The notes: generated by a model from the letters alone, not told the origin. A stretch of 64,000 nucleotides of DNA from Gemmatimonadota bacterium (GCA_007130605.1 SLSF01000032.1:3482-67481); one strand, 5' to 3'. Counted from the first letter of the stretch, positions 16,603-24,383 are shown. Program-made: numbers and translations.

Positions 16603-19313
16603 GTCGCCTCATCTCCAGGAAACGCAGCCCCTTTCGCTGGGCCCTCCTCCTTCTCGTCGCCTTCGGGGTCGCCTCATGCGACGACGAGGGCTCCATCCTC
16701 TTCCCACCCCCCAGTGTCGTGGCGGCATCGGTGGCGTCGGAAGCGGGCGTCGCGGGCCAGGCCGGCGAGGTCCTCCCCTCGCCGGTCCGGGTGGAGGTGC
16801 GCGATGTCCATGGGAACCCGATCCCCGCGGTGGAGGTCTCCGCCTCGGTCAGCCAGGGCGGGGGGACCATCGGAAGCGAACGGTACACCACGAACCAGAA
16901 CGGACACTTCTTCATCGGTGACTGGCGGATGGGGGAGCGCCCGGGCCCCAACGCCGTGACCCTCGAGGCCGAAGGGATCGACCCCTTCGAGCTCGAGGTG
17001 GAATCGGGCCCCGGACCCGCCGTCGCGCTGCACCTCCTGGGCGAGGACCCCGACCCGGCCCAGGTGGCGTCCAGCGTCACCGATCTCCCCCGCGTCCGAC
17101 TGGTGGACCAGTTCGACAACCCCATCCCCGACGCCCCCATCCTCTTCTCGGCCAATCGGAGCGGCGACGTGGAGTACAGCGAGGGCGCCACCGACGCCTC
17201 CGGCGAGATCGCCTATCCCACCTGGACCCTGGGGAGTCGCGCAGGTCGCCAGGAGCTGACCGCCCGCTACTGGAACCAGTTCGTCACCCGGATCGCCATC
17301 GAGGCGGAGCCGGGCCCGGCCCATGCCCTCGTCTGGACCGAAGACAGTGGGCTCCGCGCGGAGGTGGGTTCGCTCCTTCCCATCCGGCCCACGGTCCGAG
17401 TCCAGGACGAATGGGAGAACGGGCTTCCGGGCTTTCCCGTCGAGTTCCAGGTCATCGAAGGAGACAGCGAGATCACCGTGACCGAGGCGATCACCGACGA
17501 CGAGGGTCTGGCAACCGTCGACCGGTGGACCCTGGGCAGTACCCCCGGCTTGAACCGGGTCGAGGCGAGCACACCCGGGTTCCCGTCTGTCACCCTCGAG
17601 GTCGAGGCCATGGACGAGAGCTGGGAGCCCGAGGGCCCCTACTACGCGGTCCATGGGGTGCACATCAACCAGGCTTCACAGCGGATGGATGGGTCCATGC
17701 CACTCATCGGGGGGAGAGAGGGACTCCTTCGTGCCTTCGTGGAAGCCAGCGAATCCGGCGTCCCCCGTCCCCCCGTGGACCTGGTACTCTATGAGGGCGA
17801 CCGCGAGATCGAACGGCATCGGGTCACCTCGAGCGCCACCGGGTTCACTCCCACCGCCACGTCCCAGGATGGCTCGAGCAACTCATGGAATCTCCGTCTG
17901 GATGCCGACCTCGTTCGCCCCGGCCTGGGCGTGCGCATCGAGATCGATCCCGACGAGGAGTTCGGCGCAGTCACCCGTCGCTTCAACGGCTTTCCCGCCG
18001 ACGGGTCGATCCACTACTTCGACCACTTCGAGGAGATCCCCACCTTTCATGTCCGCTTCCTGGCCATGCGCGACGCCTCTTCGGGGACCACCGGAAATGT
18101 GGATGAATCGAATGTGGATGACTTCATGGATTTCACCCGCCGCGCCCTGCCGGTGGGGAGTGATTCGGCGTACTACGCGGGGGTCTTCACCACCGGCCTC
18201 TACGACGCCGAAGGACGGGTGCACACGGCCGCACTCTCCGCTCTACTCCAGCACTATCGGTCGACCCGTCATGAAATCGGTGACCACTACCTCCATGGCA
18301 TCTTTCCCTCCGACGGCCCCCTCAACTTCGCAGGGGTCGCCTATCTCCCGGGGGACATCACCAATCTCACGGTCCAGGTGGGCCTGACCTATGATCGGCT
18401 CCCCCAGGCTTCGGCCACCGTCGCCCACGAACTCGGCCACAACCTGAATGTCCGGCACGCACCGTGTGGAAACCCCTCGGGCGTGGACCCGAACTTTCCC
18501 CACAGCGGCGCACTGCTCGGGGTCGCCGGATGGGACCCCGGGTCCGGTTCGATCCAGCCTCCCACCGCCGCCCGCGATCTCATGAGCTACTGCAGTCCCC
18601 GGTGGATCAGTGACTACAACTACGAGTTCATGCTGGAGTGGCGACGGGACAAGCCGACCCCTGGTCCCTCCGCGTCGATCCTGACCGAGGCTCCGGGAAG
18701 TGAGCGGCTGCTCGTAAGTGGGATCCTCTCGGAGGGGGGAGCTGAGCTCCAGCCGGTCCTCACCACCGAGGCACCGGTGCAGCTCCCGGACGCGGAGGGA
18801 CCCTATCGCCTCGTGGGAGTGACCGAGGGAGACGAGGAACTCTTCGGCTACTCCTTCACTCCTGCCGAGCTCTCCCACGCCCCCGATCCGACGGAGCGTC
18901 ACTTCGCCTACGTGATCCCCCTGAACCGGGAGGACCGGGCCTCGCTCCACACCATCCGGATCGAGGGCCCGGGGATCGGCCGCTACGGGCCCGGTACCCG
19001 GGATCCGGCCACCCCTCCCTCGGAAGCTCCCGGTCAGTTCAGCCGGGTGGCGGAGCTGGACGAAGGTCTCGCGGCCCCCCAGGCTGAGGTCCGGCGGCTC
19101 ACTGCAGCGGGAGGTGGCGAGGCGCTGGAGTGGGATCCCGCCATCTTCCCCGTGGTGTCGGTCTGGGACCGGGAGAGCGGCGCCCTGGTGGGGCTGATCC
19201 GCGACGGCTCGCTCCGCATGGATCTCTGGGGGGAGTCGGAGGTGGAGTTCCGCTTCGAGGACGGACTCCGCTCCTTCCGTTGGAGTGAGGGCACCCTCGA
19301 GCCCCTCCACTGA
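16599..19313 (+). CDS. Lipoprotein zinc metalloprotease (metzincin/M66-reprolysin-like HExxHxxxxxH) with N-terminal Ig-like domains
   Basis: Has a lipobox (LLVAFGVASCDD) and three invasin-like Ig repeats (PVRVEVRDVHGNPIP..., RVRLVDQFDNPIP..., TVRVQDEWENGLP...). The catalytic motif is HELGHNLNVRHAPCG, followed by a DLMSYC Met-turn-like segment. Confidence 0.8.
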   Translation: MSRLISRKRSPFRWALLLLVAFGVASCDDEGSILFPPPSVVAASVASEAGVAGQAGEVLPSPVRVEVRDVHGNPIPAVEVSASVSQGGGTIGSERYTTNQNGHFFIGDWRMGERPGPNAVTLEAEGIDPFELEVESGPGPAVALHLLGEDPDPAQVASSVTDLPRVRLVDQFDNPIPDAPILFSANRSGDVEYSEGATDASGEIAYPTWTLGSRAGRQELTARYWNQFVTRIAIEAEPGPAHALVWTEDSGLRAEVGSLLPIRPTVRVQDEWENGLPGFPVEFQVIEGDSEITVTEAITDDEGLATVDRWTLGSTPGLNRVEASTPGFPSVTLEVEAMDESWEPEGPYYAVHGVHINQASQRMDGSMPLIGGREGLLRAFVEASESGVPRPPVDLVLYEGDREIERHRVTSSATGFTPTATSQDGSSNSWNLRLDADLVRPGLGVRIEIDPDEEFGAVTRRFNGFPADGSIHYFDHFEEIPTFHVRFLAMRDASSGTTGNVDESNVDDFMDFTRRALPVGSDSAYYAGVFTTGLYDAEGRVHTAALSALLQHYRSTRHEIGDHYLHGIFPSDGPLNFAGVAYLPGDITNLTVQVGLTYDRLPQASATVAHELGHNLNVRHAPCGNPSGVDPNFPHSGALLGVAGWDPGSGSIQPPTAARDLMSYCSPRWISDYNYEFMLEWRRDKPTPGPSASILTEAPGSERLLVSGILSEGGAELQPVLTTEAPVQLPDAEGPYRLVGVTEGDEELFGYSFTPAELSHAPDPTERHFAYVIPLNREDRASLHTIRIEGPGIGRYGPGTRDPATPPSEAPGQFSRVAELDEGLAAPQAEVRRLTAAGGGEALEWDPAIFPVVSVWDRESGALVGLIRDGSLRMDLWGESEVEFRFEDGLRSFRWSEGTLEPLH

Positions 19314-19339
19314 AGCGGGTCCCCTCCGGAGCGACCTTC

Positions 19340-19369
19340 TTGACCGGAAGGGATGACCGGGGTCATGAT
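19340..19369 (+). promoter_or_regulatory. Candidate TetR promoter and operator
   Basis: A TTGACC -35-like hexamer lies at 19340-19345 and CATGAT at 19364-19369. The palindrome ATGACC-GG-GGTCAT (19353-19366) sits between them, directly upstream of the TetR ORF. Confidence 0.25.
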
Positions 19370-19374
19370 TCGGC

Positions 19375-20139
19375 ATGACTCCGAAATCTGATCCACCGCC
19401 CGAGACCTCGCGCCGCCGGAAGGCCGGCACGCACCCCGACCGCCCCCGACGCCGAGCCCGCGGAACTCCCCGGCGGAAGCGATCGGGTCGCACCCGCATG
19501 TCGTCGGAGGAGATCCGGGACAGCCTCTTCGAGGCGGCACTCTCCCGCTTCCGGGCCCAGGGGTACGACCAGACCTCGGTGGCAGAGCTCACCCGGGAGA
19601 CCGGGGTCGCCAAGGGGACCTTCTTCAACCATTTCCCGACGAAGGAAGCCATTCTCGCCGAGTTCGTCGGGAGAGTCTGGGAGGAGGCCGCCGAAGCCTC
19701 GACGCGAGAAGGCCACCGGGGAACCGACGAGATCATCCACACCCTCGACGGCGTCATGCGCCGGCTCGAGACCGACCCCGCCGTCACCCGCGAGGTGGCG
19801 CTCCGGCTCCCCTCCCTCTCGACACCTCCGGCCCTCCGTTCGGAGAGGGACCCCGGCGCCGATCTCCTCTCCGACTTCTGGAGCCGCTGGATCCGTGTCC
19901 GGATCGACCAGAGCCTCCCAATCGCCGTCCCCATCGAGGAGATCACCCCGGAGGATCTCGCGGCCCTTCTCGTGGGTGCCATGATCCGGACCCTCGCCGA
20001 AGGCGCCACGGGGCCCCACCGGTCCCCTCCCCCGTCCGATCCCCTCCCCCTCGCCCTCTCCATGGGTCGACGGGCGGTCTTCCTCCTCCGGTCCGCCGGA
20101 TATGTCGCGCCCGATCCCCCCACGGGAACCTCGCACTGA
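19375..20139 (+). CDS. TetR/AcrR family transcriptional regulator
   Basis: The HTH region is FRAQGYDQTSVAELTRETGVAKGTFFNHFPTKEAIL. The start is ambiguous. ATG 19375 gives a basic 41-aa extension, while ATG 19498 (MSSEEIRD) gives the canonical length. Confidence 0.85.
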   Translation: MTPKSDPPPETSRRRKAGTHPDRPRRRARGTPRRKRSGRTRMSSEEIRDSLFEAALSRFRAQGYDQTSVAELTRETGVAKGTFFNHFPTKEAILAEFVGRVWEEAAEASTREGHRGTDEIIHTLDGVMRRLETDPAVTREVALRLPSLSTPPALRSERDPGADLLSDFWSRWIRVRIDQSLPIAVPIEEITPEDLAALLVGAMIRTLAEGATGPHRSPPPSDPLPLALSMGRRAVFLLRSAGYVAPDPPTGTSH

Positions 20140-20230
20140 CCGTGGTCATCTCGGTCGCGTCCATGATGCCCTCGCATGACCTCTCCCCGCACCCGGTCTC
20201 TGCCATGGAGCCGGGAGTCGGAGTGCTCCC

Positions 20231-20887
20231 ATGATCCCCGAGGGCGTGCTGGCCTTCGGCCTCCTCAGCCTGACCTCGCTCTTCGCCATCACGAATCCGC
20301 TCACCGCGGCTCCCATCTACCTGGCACTCACCGAGAGCCAGACCCCTGAGCACCGGTTGCGCACCCTCCGTACCGCCATCCTCACCGGAGCGGTGGTCCT
20401 GGTGGTCTTCACCCTCCTGGGTGGTGCCATCTTCCAGCTCTTCGGCATCACCATCGACGCCTTCCGCATTGCCGGGGGCATCATCATCTTCGGCATCGCC
20501 ATCGACATGCTCCAGGCCCGACGGTCCCGGGTGAAGAGCACCGAAGAGGAGGAAGAAGAGGGGATGGAGAAGGACGAGGTGGGAATCACCCCCCTCGGGA
20601 TCCCCATGTTCGTGGGGCCCGGCGCCATCACCACGGTCATGGTGTTGGCGGGGGACGCCGCGACTCTCCCCTTCGTGGCGGCCCTCTTCCTCTCCATCGG
20701 CATCGTCCTGGGAATCCTCTACCTGGTGCTCCGGGCCTCCCCCTACCTGACGGGACTCCTGGGCCAGACCGGAGTCAATGTCCTGACCCGGATCATGGGA
20801 CTCCTCCTGGCGGTGATCGCCGTCCAGTTCATCATCGATGGTGTTCGCGCCGTCGCCCTCGACGTGCTCCGGACCGCCGGGAGCTGA
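20231..20887 (+). CDS. MarC family (UPF0056) inner-membrane protein
   Basis: Has six hydrophobic segments and the N-terminal FAITNPLTAAPIYLALT motif characteristic of MarC/YhgN. Confidence 0.85.
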   Translation: MIPEGVLAFGLLSLTSLFAITNPLTAAPIYLALTESQTPEHRLRTLRTAILTGAVVLVVFTLLGGAIFQLFGITIDAFRIAGGIIIFGIAIDMLQARRSRVKSTEEEEEEGMEKDEVGITPLGIPMFVGPGAITTVMVLAGDAATLPFVAALFLSIGIVLGILYLVLRASPYLTGLLGQTGVNVLTRIMGLLLAVIAVQFIIDGVRAVALDVLRTAGS

Positions 20888-21145
20888 GCCCGCGCACCTC
20901 ACCTGACCCAGGGAATCAGATCGGCGGCTGTAGCGTAAACGGGCTCCTTTTCCTCTTCTGCGTGGGTGCGGGGTTCAGGATCGCGTTCGGTTCACCAGAG
21001 TCCCGAATGGTTGGCGGGATCACCAGCACCCGACCCTCCGCAGGGGAGGGGAGGGCGGATGACTGGAGGGCTGAAGGGAACCCTGACTCCACACCGGACG
21101 ACTCGTTTCTCAACGCTTGCGCTCTGCGTCACCGCAGAGACCGCA

Positions 21146-21188
21146 AAGTCCACAACCGTCGATTCTCGCGAGCGACGGTTGTGGACTT
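21146..21188. repeat. Perfect 16-bp inverted repeat (hairpin or protein-binding site)
   Basis: The repeat is AAGTCCACAACCGTCG-attctcgcgag-CGACGGTTGTGGACTT. A smaller hairpin, CTCTGC-gtcacc-GCAGAG, precedes it at about 21122-21140. No U-tract follows. Confidence 0.7.
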
Positions 21189-21251
21189 CGTCTCCCATAG
21201 GGAGCGTTTTGGTGCCAACGTCGTGCGAGTCCCCCTCGAGTGTGGAGTCTT

Positions 21252-21370
21252 GGTTCCGATTTGGGGCTTCGGTTCCGAAGTGGGGTCGATTCGAAGGGGG
21301 AGGTCTGGTTTCGGTGTGGGGCACCGTTCCGTGTTGCGGCTTCGACTCCGAAGTGGGGTCCCGACTCCGA
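21252..21370. repeat. Four copies of a GGTTYCGR-N2-TGGGGY-like motif, including a 32-bp direct repeat at a 73-bp offset
   Basis: The copies are at 21252-21267, 21271-21287, 21307-21322 and 21344-21360. The longer repeat GGCTTCGGTTCCGAAGTGGGGTCGATTCGAAG (21265-21296) matches GGCTTCGACTCCGAAGTGGGGTCCCGACTCCGA (21338-21370). Confidence 0.65.
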
Positions 21371-21462
21371 CCCGGTCGATCTCCCCCGGTGACGGTCCCG
21401 GGGCAGGTGGAATCGATGCGGGTGGACGAAAAAGCTGAAAACGCCGCGCTTTCGAAGGCACT

Positions 21463-21600
21463 TTCCGGATCTTCGTTGATATTCGCAGAGAATCCGGATT
21501 GGGCGGCGGCGGCGCGAGGGCCCGTTCCGGATTTTCGTCGGTATTCGCATAGAATCCGGAATGCGCCGGCTTTTTTGTCGCGTTTTCAGGATTTTCGTCC
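21463..21600. repeat. About 2.5 direct repeats (60-62 bp period) of a hairpin module
   Basis: TTCCGGATCTTCGTTGATATTCGCAGAGAATCCGGATTG lies at 21463-21501 (7-bp stem TCCGGAT/ATCCGGA). TTCCGGATTTTCGTCGGTATTCGCATAGAATCCGGAATG lies at 21525-21563 (9-bp stem). A partial copy, TTCAGGATTTTCGTCC, lies at 21585-21600. A T6 run is at 21571-21576. Confidence 0.7.
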
Positions 21601-21637
21601 CCGGAGCGAAGGCTGCGGCCGGGCCCCGGAGGGTGAT

Positions 21638-21770
21638 TGTAGCGGATACGCTACATGGCCCCGCCCCCCATACCATCCTTCAGCTCATCGGCACAGAATC
21701 CTGCAGTCATTGTAGCGAATACGCTACGTTCGAGGGTATAGATGAAGATGATTGTAGCGCAAACGCTACA
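21638..21770. repeat. Three more TGTAGCG-N4-CGCTACA palindromes inside the insertion
   Basis: They are 21638-21655 TGTAGCG-GATA-CGCTACA, 21711-21728 TGTAGCG-AATA-CGCTACG, and 21753-21770 TGTAGCG-CAAA-CGCTACA. The last has arms extendable to 9 bp (ATTGTAGCG/CGCTACAAT). Confidence 0.8.
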
Positions 21771-21901
21771 ATCTCCATATTTGCCCTCCGTGGCCTGCGG
21801 CGTTCCGGGGTAGAGCCAATGCGGTATGGGAAAAGAGCCCGTAAACGCCACACTCCTACACGGTCCCCGGTATTCAGGATCGTTCTGGAGGGCCGTGAAG
21901 G

Positions 21902-22678
21902 TCAGAGCGACCGGAAGGCGATCCGCCTCGGCACCCGGTCCCACGCCACCGCCATGGCCACCCCGGCCTCCGGATCCCGCTCCCCTTCCCCACTCTCCCG
22001 CCGGCTCCCGGACCGATCCCCCGATGCCCCCGGATCGTCCTCCCCGGACAACGACGCGACCCACCACCCCTCCACCGGTCCCTCGCCCACCTCCGGATCG
22101 AGGCGGCGGAGCGCATTGCCTCCCATGGGCGAGAGTCGGACCGCGAAGGCGGTGAGAGGAATGGCGAGTCCGCCTCCCACCGCCTTGATGAAGGCCTCCT
22201 TGCGGGTCCATCCCCGGAAGAAGGCGCCGACCCGGGCCCCGGAGGGGAGTGCCAGGAGCTCGGCAACCTCCTCTTCGGCGAAGGTGCGGCGGGCGAGGGC
22301 CTCCAGGTCCGGAAAGCCCCGCGCCTCCTCCAGGTCCACCCCTAGACGTCCCTCGGCGGCGACTCCCACCAGGAGGTGCTCCCCCGAGTGGGAGAGGTTG
22401 AAGCTCGGCGCCCCGGGCTCCGCCAGGTACGGCTTTCCGCCCGGTTCACGCTCGAAGCGGAGGACGCCGGGGGCCCGGTCCATGAGGGTGCCGAGAATCC
22501 GCCGGAGCGTGCCCCACCCCACGATGTGGCGGCGGCGGAGGTGATCGAAGCGAAAGCGATCCGCCCGCTCCCGCTCCTCGGCGGAAAGGGTCTCCTCTAA
22601 AGCGCGCACCACGCCACCGGGGGGATCGAGTCGCCCCCTGAGCAGGTGGATCGTTCCGGTTTCGAGGGTCTTCAGCAC
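21902..22678 (-). CDS. 4'-phosphopantetheinyl transferase (Sfp-type)
   Basis: Contains FNLSHSGEHLLVGVA, GVDLE and FFRGWTRKEAFIKAVGGGL, the PPTase motifs. Confidence 0.85.
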   Translation of the reverse strand: MLKTLETGTIHLLRGRLDPPGGVVRALEETLSAEERERADRFRFDHLRRRHIVGWGTLRRILGTLMDRAPGVLRFEREPGGKPYLAEPGAPSFNLSHSGEHLLVGVAAEGRLGVDLEEARGFPDLEALARRTFAEEEVAELLALPSGARVGAFFRGWTRKEAFIKAVGGGLAIPLTAFAVRLSPMGGNALRRLDPEVGEGPVEGWWVASLSGEDDPGASGDRSGSRRESGEGERDPEAGVAMAVAWDRVPRRIAFRSL

Positions 22679-22800
22679 CCGCCACTCCTCCGCAAGGCTT
22701 CGGGATCGGGGGCTCCCGGCGGCGGTGGCCCCTCGCCTTCTTCAGCGGACTTCCAGAAGGATGTTGAAGGTACCCCACGGGGATGCCGGCGTCACCCCGG

Positions 22801-22829
22801 TTGATTTCGGTTTTTCTTCGGTTTATCAT
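22801..22829 (+). promoter_or_regulatory. Sigma-70-like promoter predicting a leaderless mRNA for the ImuB-like gene
   Basis: TTGATT (22801-22806), a 17-nt spacer and TATCAT (22824-22829) are present. The ATG at 22837 lies 7-8 nt downstream of the -10 element. This is the only AT-rich stretch in the divergent intergenic region. Confidence 0.35.
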
Positions 22830-22836
22830 CGAAGGC

Positions 22837-24117
22837 ATGACGACCTCGCGCACCGCTCTCTGTCTCTGGCTCCCCACCTTCGAGCTCCGGCTCGAACTGG
22901 TGCGTTCGCCCGAACTCGACGCCACTTCGGTCGCCCTTCTCCGTGCCGGAGAGGGGGCCGCGGGCCGGGGAGAGGTCCACCAGGTCTCCGAGCGGGCGGC
23001 GGCGGCCGGGGTCCGTCCGGGGATGCGAGTCTCGCAGGCGATCTCCCTCTGTCCGTCCCTCACCCTTCTCGAGCCCGACCCGGCCCACTACGGGGCCGCC
23101 ATGGAGGAGATCCTGGGGTGCCTCGGAGAGGTGAGCCCGATCCTCGAACCGGTGGAGCCGGGCATGATCCAGGTGGGGATGGATGGGATGGAGCGCCTCT
23201 ACGGTTCGCCGGCCGACCAGGTGACCCGGGTCCTGAAGAGCCTCCTCCACCTCCTTCCCCGTCCCCTTGTGGCTGCCATGCGAGTGGGACGAGCGCCGGG
23301 GACCTTCGCCGCCCGGGTCGCCGCGGTCTCCGCCCGCCCGGGCGCCCCCGTCCTCGTCGACGAGGGCGAGCTCCTCTCCTTTCTGGAGGACCAGCCGGTG
23401 GAGACACTTCCCCTCCCCCGGGAGGCCATCGAACAGCTCCACCGCCTCGAGATCCGGACCCTGGGGACGCTGGGACACCTTCCCCTCCCGGCACTCCTCC
23501 GGCACTTCGGGAGCGCCGGGCGCGAGGCCCGGGCGCTGGCCCGGGGAGAGCGGATCGAGCCAGTCCGGGCCCGGCACCGTCCCCGCCCCCTCCGGGCCTC
23601 CCTGGATCTTCCCACCGCCATCGGCGAACGACACGCGCTCCACCGGGCCCTGGACCGGGTCCTGGACCGACTCCTGGCCCACCCGCAGCGAAAGGATCGG
23701 GCGCTGAAGGGCCTCCGGGTGGGAGGACATCTCGAGGAGGGAGGGTCCTGGCAGATCGAGGTCACCCTGCGGGACGCCGCCGCACGGCGGGAGCCCCTCG
23801 CCTTTCCCATCCGGAGCCGGATCGCGCTCCACCCTCCGCCCCGGGCGCTGGAGAGTCTCTTCGTCGAGGCCTTCGACTTCGGGGCGCCGGTGACCCAGGG
23901 GTCGCTCTTCGAGCGAAGTGAAGCCGGGGCGAGAGAGCGGGTGGATCCCGGAAGTGACCCCCTCACCACCGGTCCGGTGGGCCGGGCACTCCGCCAGGCG
24001 GTGCGGGAACTCCACCTCCGGCTGGGCCACGCTCCCCTCTACCGGGTGGTGGAGGTGGACCCCTGGTCGCGGATCCCCGAGCGCCGGCACGCTCTTCTTT
24101 CCCTGGACGACCGTTGA
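22837..24117 (+). CDS. imuB: ImuB-like Y-family DNA polymerase homologue (catalytically inactive type)
   Basis: The N-terminus reads MTTSRTALCLWLPTFELRLE, whereas active Y-family enzymes carry DxDxFxxxxE. The palm/finger-like region follows (GVRPGMRVSQAISLCPSL...HYGAAMEEILGCLGEVSPILEP...). An alternative upstream ATG is at 22783. Confidence 0.7.
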   Translation: MTTSRTALCLWLPTFELRLELVRSPELDATSVALLRAGEGAAGRGEVHQVSERAAAAGVRPGMRVSQAISLCPSLTLLEPDPAHYGAAMEEILGCLGEVSPILEPVEPGMIQVGMDGMERLYGSPADQVTRVLKSLLHLLPRPLVAAMRVGRAPGTFAARVAAVSARPGAPVLVDEGELLSFLEDQPVETLPLPREAIEQLHRLEIRTLGTLGHLPLPALLRHFGSAGREARALARGERIEPVRARHRPRPLRASLDLPTAIGERHALHRALDRVLDRLLAHPQRKDRALKGLRVGGHLEEGGSWQIEVTLRDAAARREPLAFPIRSRIALHPPPRALESLFVEAFDFGAPVTQGSLFERSEAGARERVDPGSDPLTTGPVGRALRQAVRELHLRLGHAPLYRVVEVDPWSRIPERRHALLSLDDR

Positions 24118-24383
24118 AGAAGGCCGGATCCCCTCGGGACGGATCCCTGCGGCCGGCGCGGCGCCGGCGCCCCCTTCGAGTGGAGGTGGATGCAGCCGGA
24201 CGCCCCCTCCGGGTGCATGGCCACCGGGGGCCGGTCCGGATCGTGGAAGTCCGCGAGGTGTGGCGGATCGACGACGAGTGGTGGCGAAACCCGATCTCCC
24301 GGGACTACTACGAGGTCGTCCTCGACTCCGGTCGACTCCTCACCCTCCATCACGACCGGGTCGAGGGCCGATGGTATCTGTAG
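24114..24383 (+). CDS. Small Trp-rich protein translationally coupled to the ImuB-like gene, hypothetical
   Basis: A TTG start overlaps the imuB-like TGA (TTGA). The 89-aa product contains VREVWRIDDEWWRNPISRDYYEVVLDSGRLLTLHHDRVEGRWYL. GC3 bias is consistent with coding. Confidence 0.5.
   Translation: MKKAGSPRDGSLRPARRRRPLRVEVDAAGRPLRVHGHRGPVRIVEVREVWRIDDEWWRNPISRDYYEVVLDSGRLLTLHHDRVEGRWYL

Larger units (their letters stand above)
20941..21840. mobile_element. 900-bp ORF-less insertion with terminal inverted repeats and a target-site-like duplication (MITE-like or decayed element)
   Basis: The left end, GGGCTCCTTTTCC (20941-20953), compares with the reverse complement of the right end, GGGCTC-TTTTCCC (21828-21840): 12 matches and one indel. 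It is flanked by direct GTAAAC copies (20935-20940 and 21841-21846). Removing the element and one GTAAAC copy rebuilds TGTAGCG-TAAA-CGCCACA, a member of the palindrome family. There is no ORF with the local GC3 bias, and GC is visibly lower than in the flanks. Confidence 0.5.

Noticed and set aside
21085-21323. oriC-like cluster of DnaA-box-like 9-mers (GACTCCACA, AAGTCCACA, TGTGGACTT, TGTGGAGTC, TGTGGGGCA) near AT-richer patches
   Set aside because: None matches TTATCCACA better than about 6-7 of 9. No dnaA, dnaN or gidA lies nearby. The boxes sit inside a segment bounded by inverted termini and a direct duplication, which fits an insertion better. A replication-origin or iteron function remains an untested alternative, and a genome GC-skew analysis would settle it.
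21525-21576. Intrinsic terminator (9-bp-stem hairpin followed by T6)
   Set aside because: The T-run begins about 10 nt after the stem instead of abutting it. The only stem adjacent to the T-run is 4 bp (CCGG/CCGG). It is noted as part of the repeat module and not called a terminator.
20888-21901. Known RNA genes (tRNA, tmRNA, RNase P, SRP, 6S) or small protein genes in the 1-kb gap
   Set aside because: I found no tRNA T-loop/acceptor pattern, no tmRNA GGGG...CCACCA ends or Ala-resume tag frame ending in a stop, and no RNase P GGAAAGUCCGG box. The listed ORFs (for example 20966-21715 and 21110-21676) have mixed third-position composition, unlike true genes here. By-eye screening is weak, so an Rfam scan is still needed.
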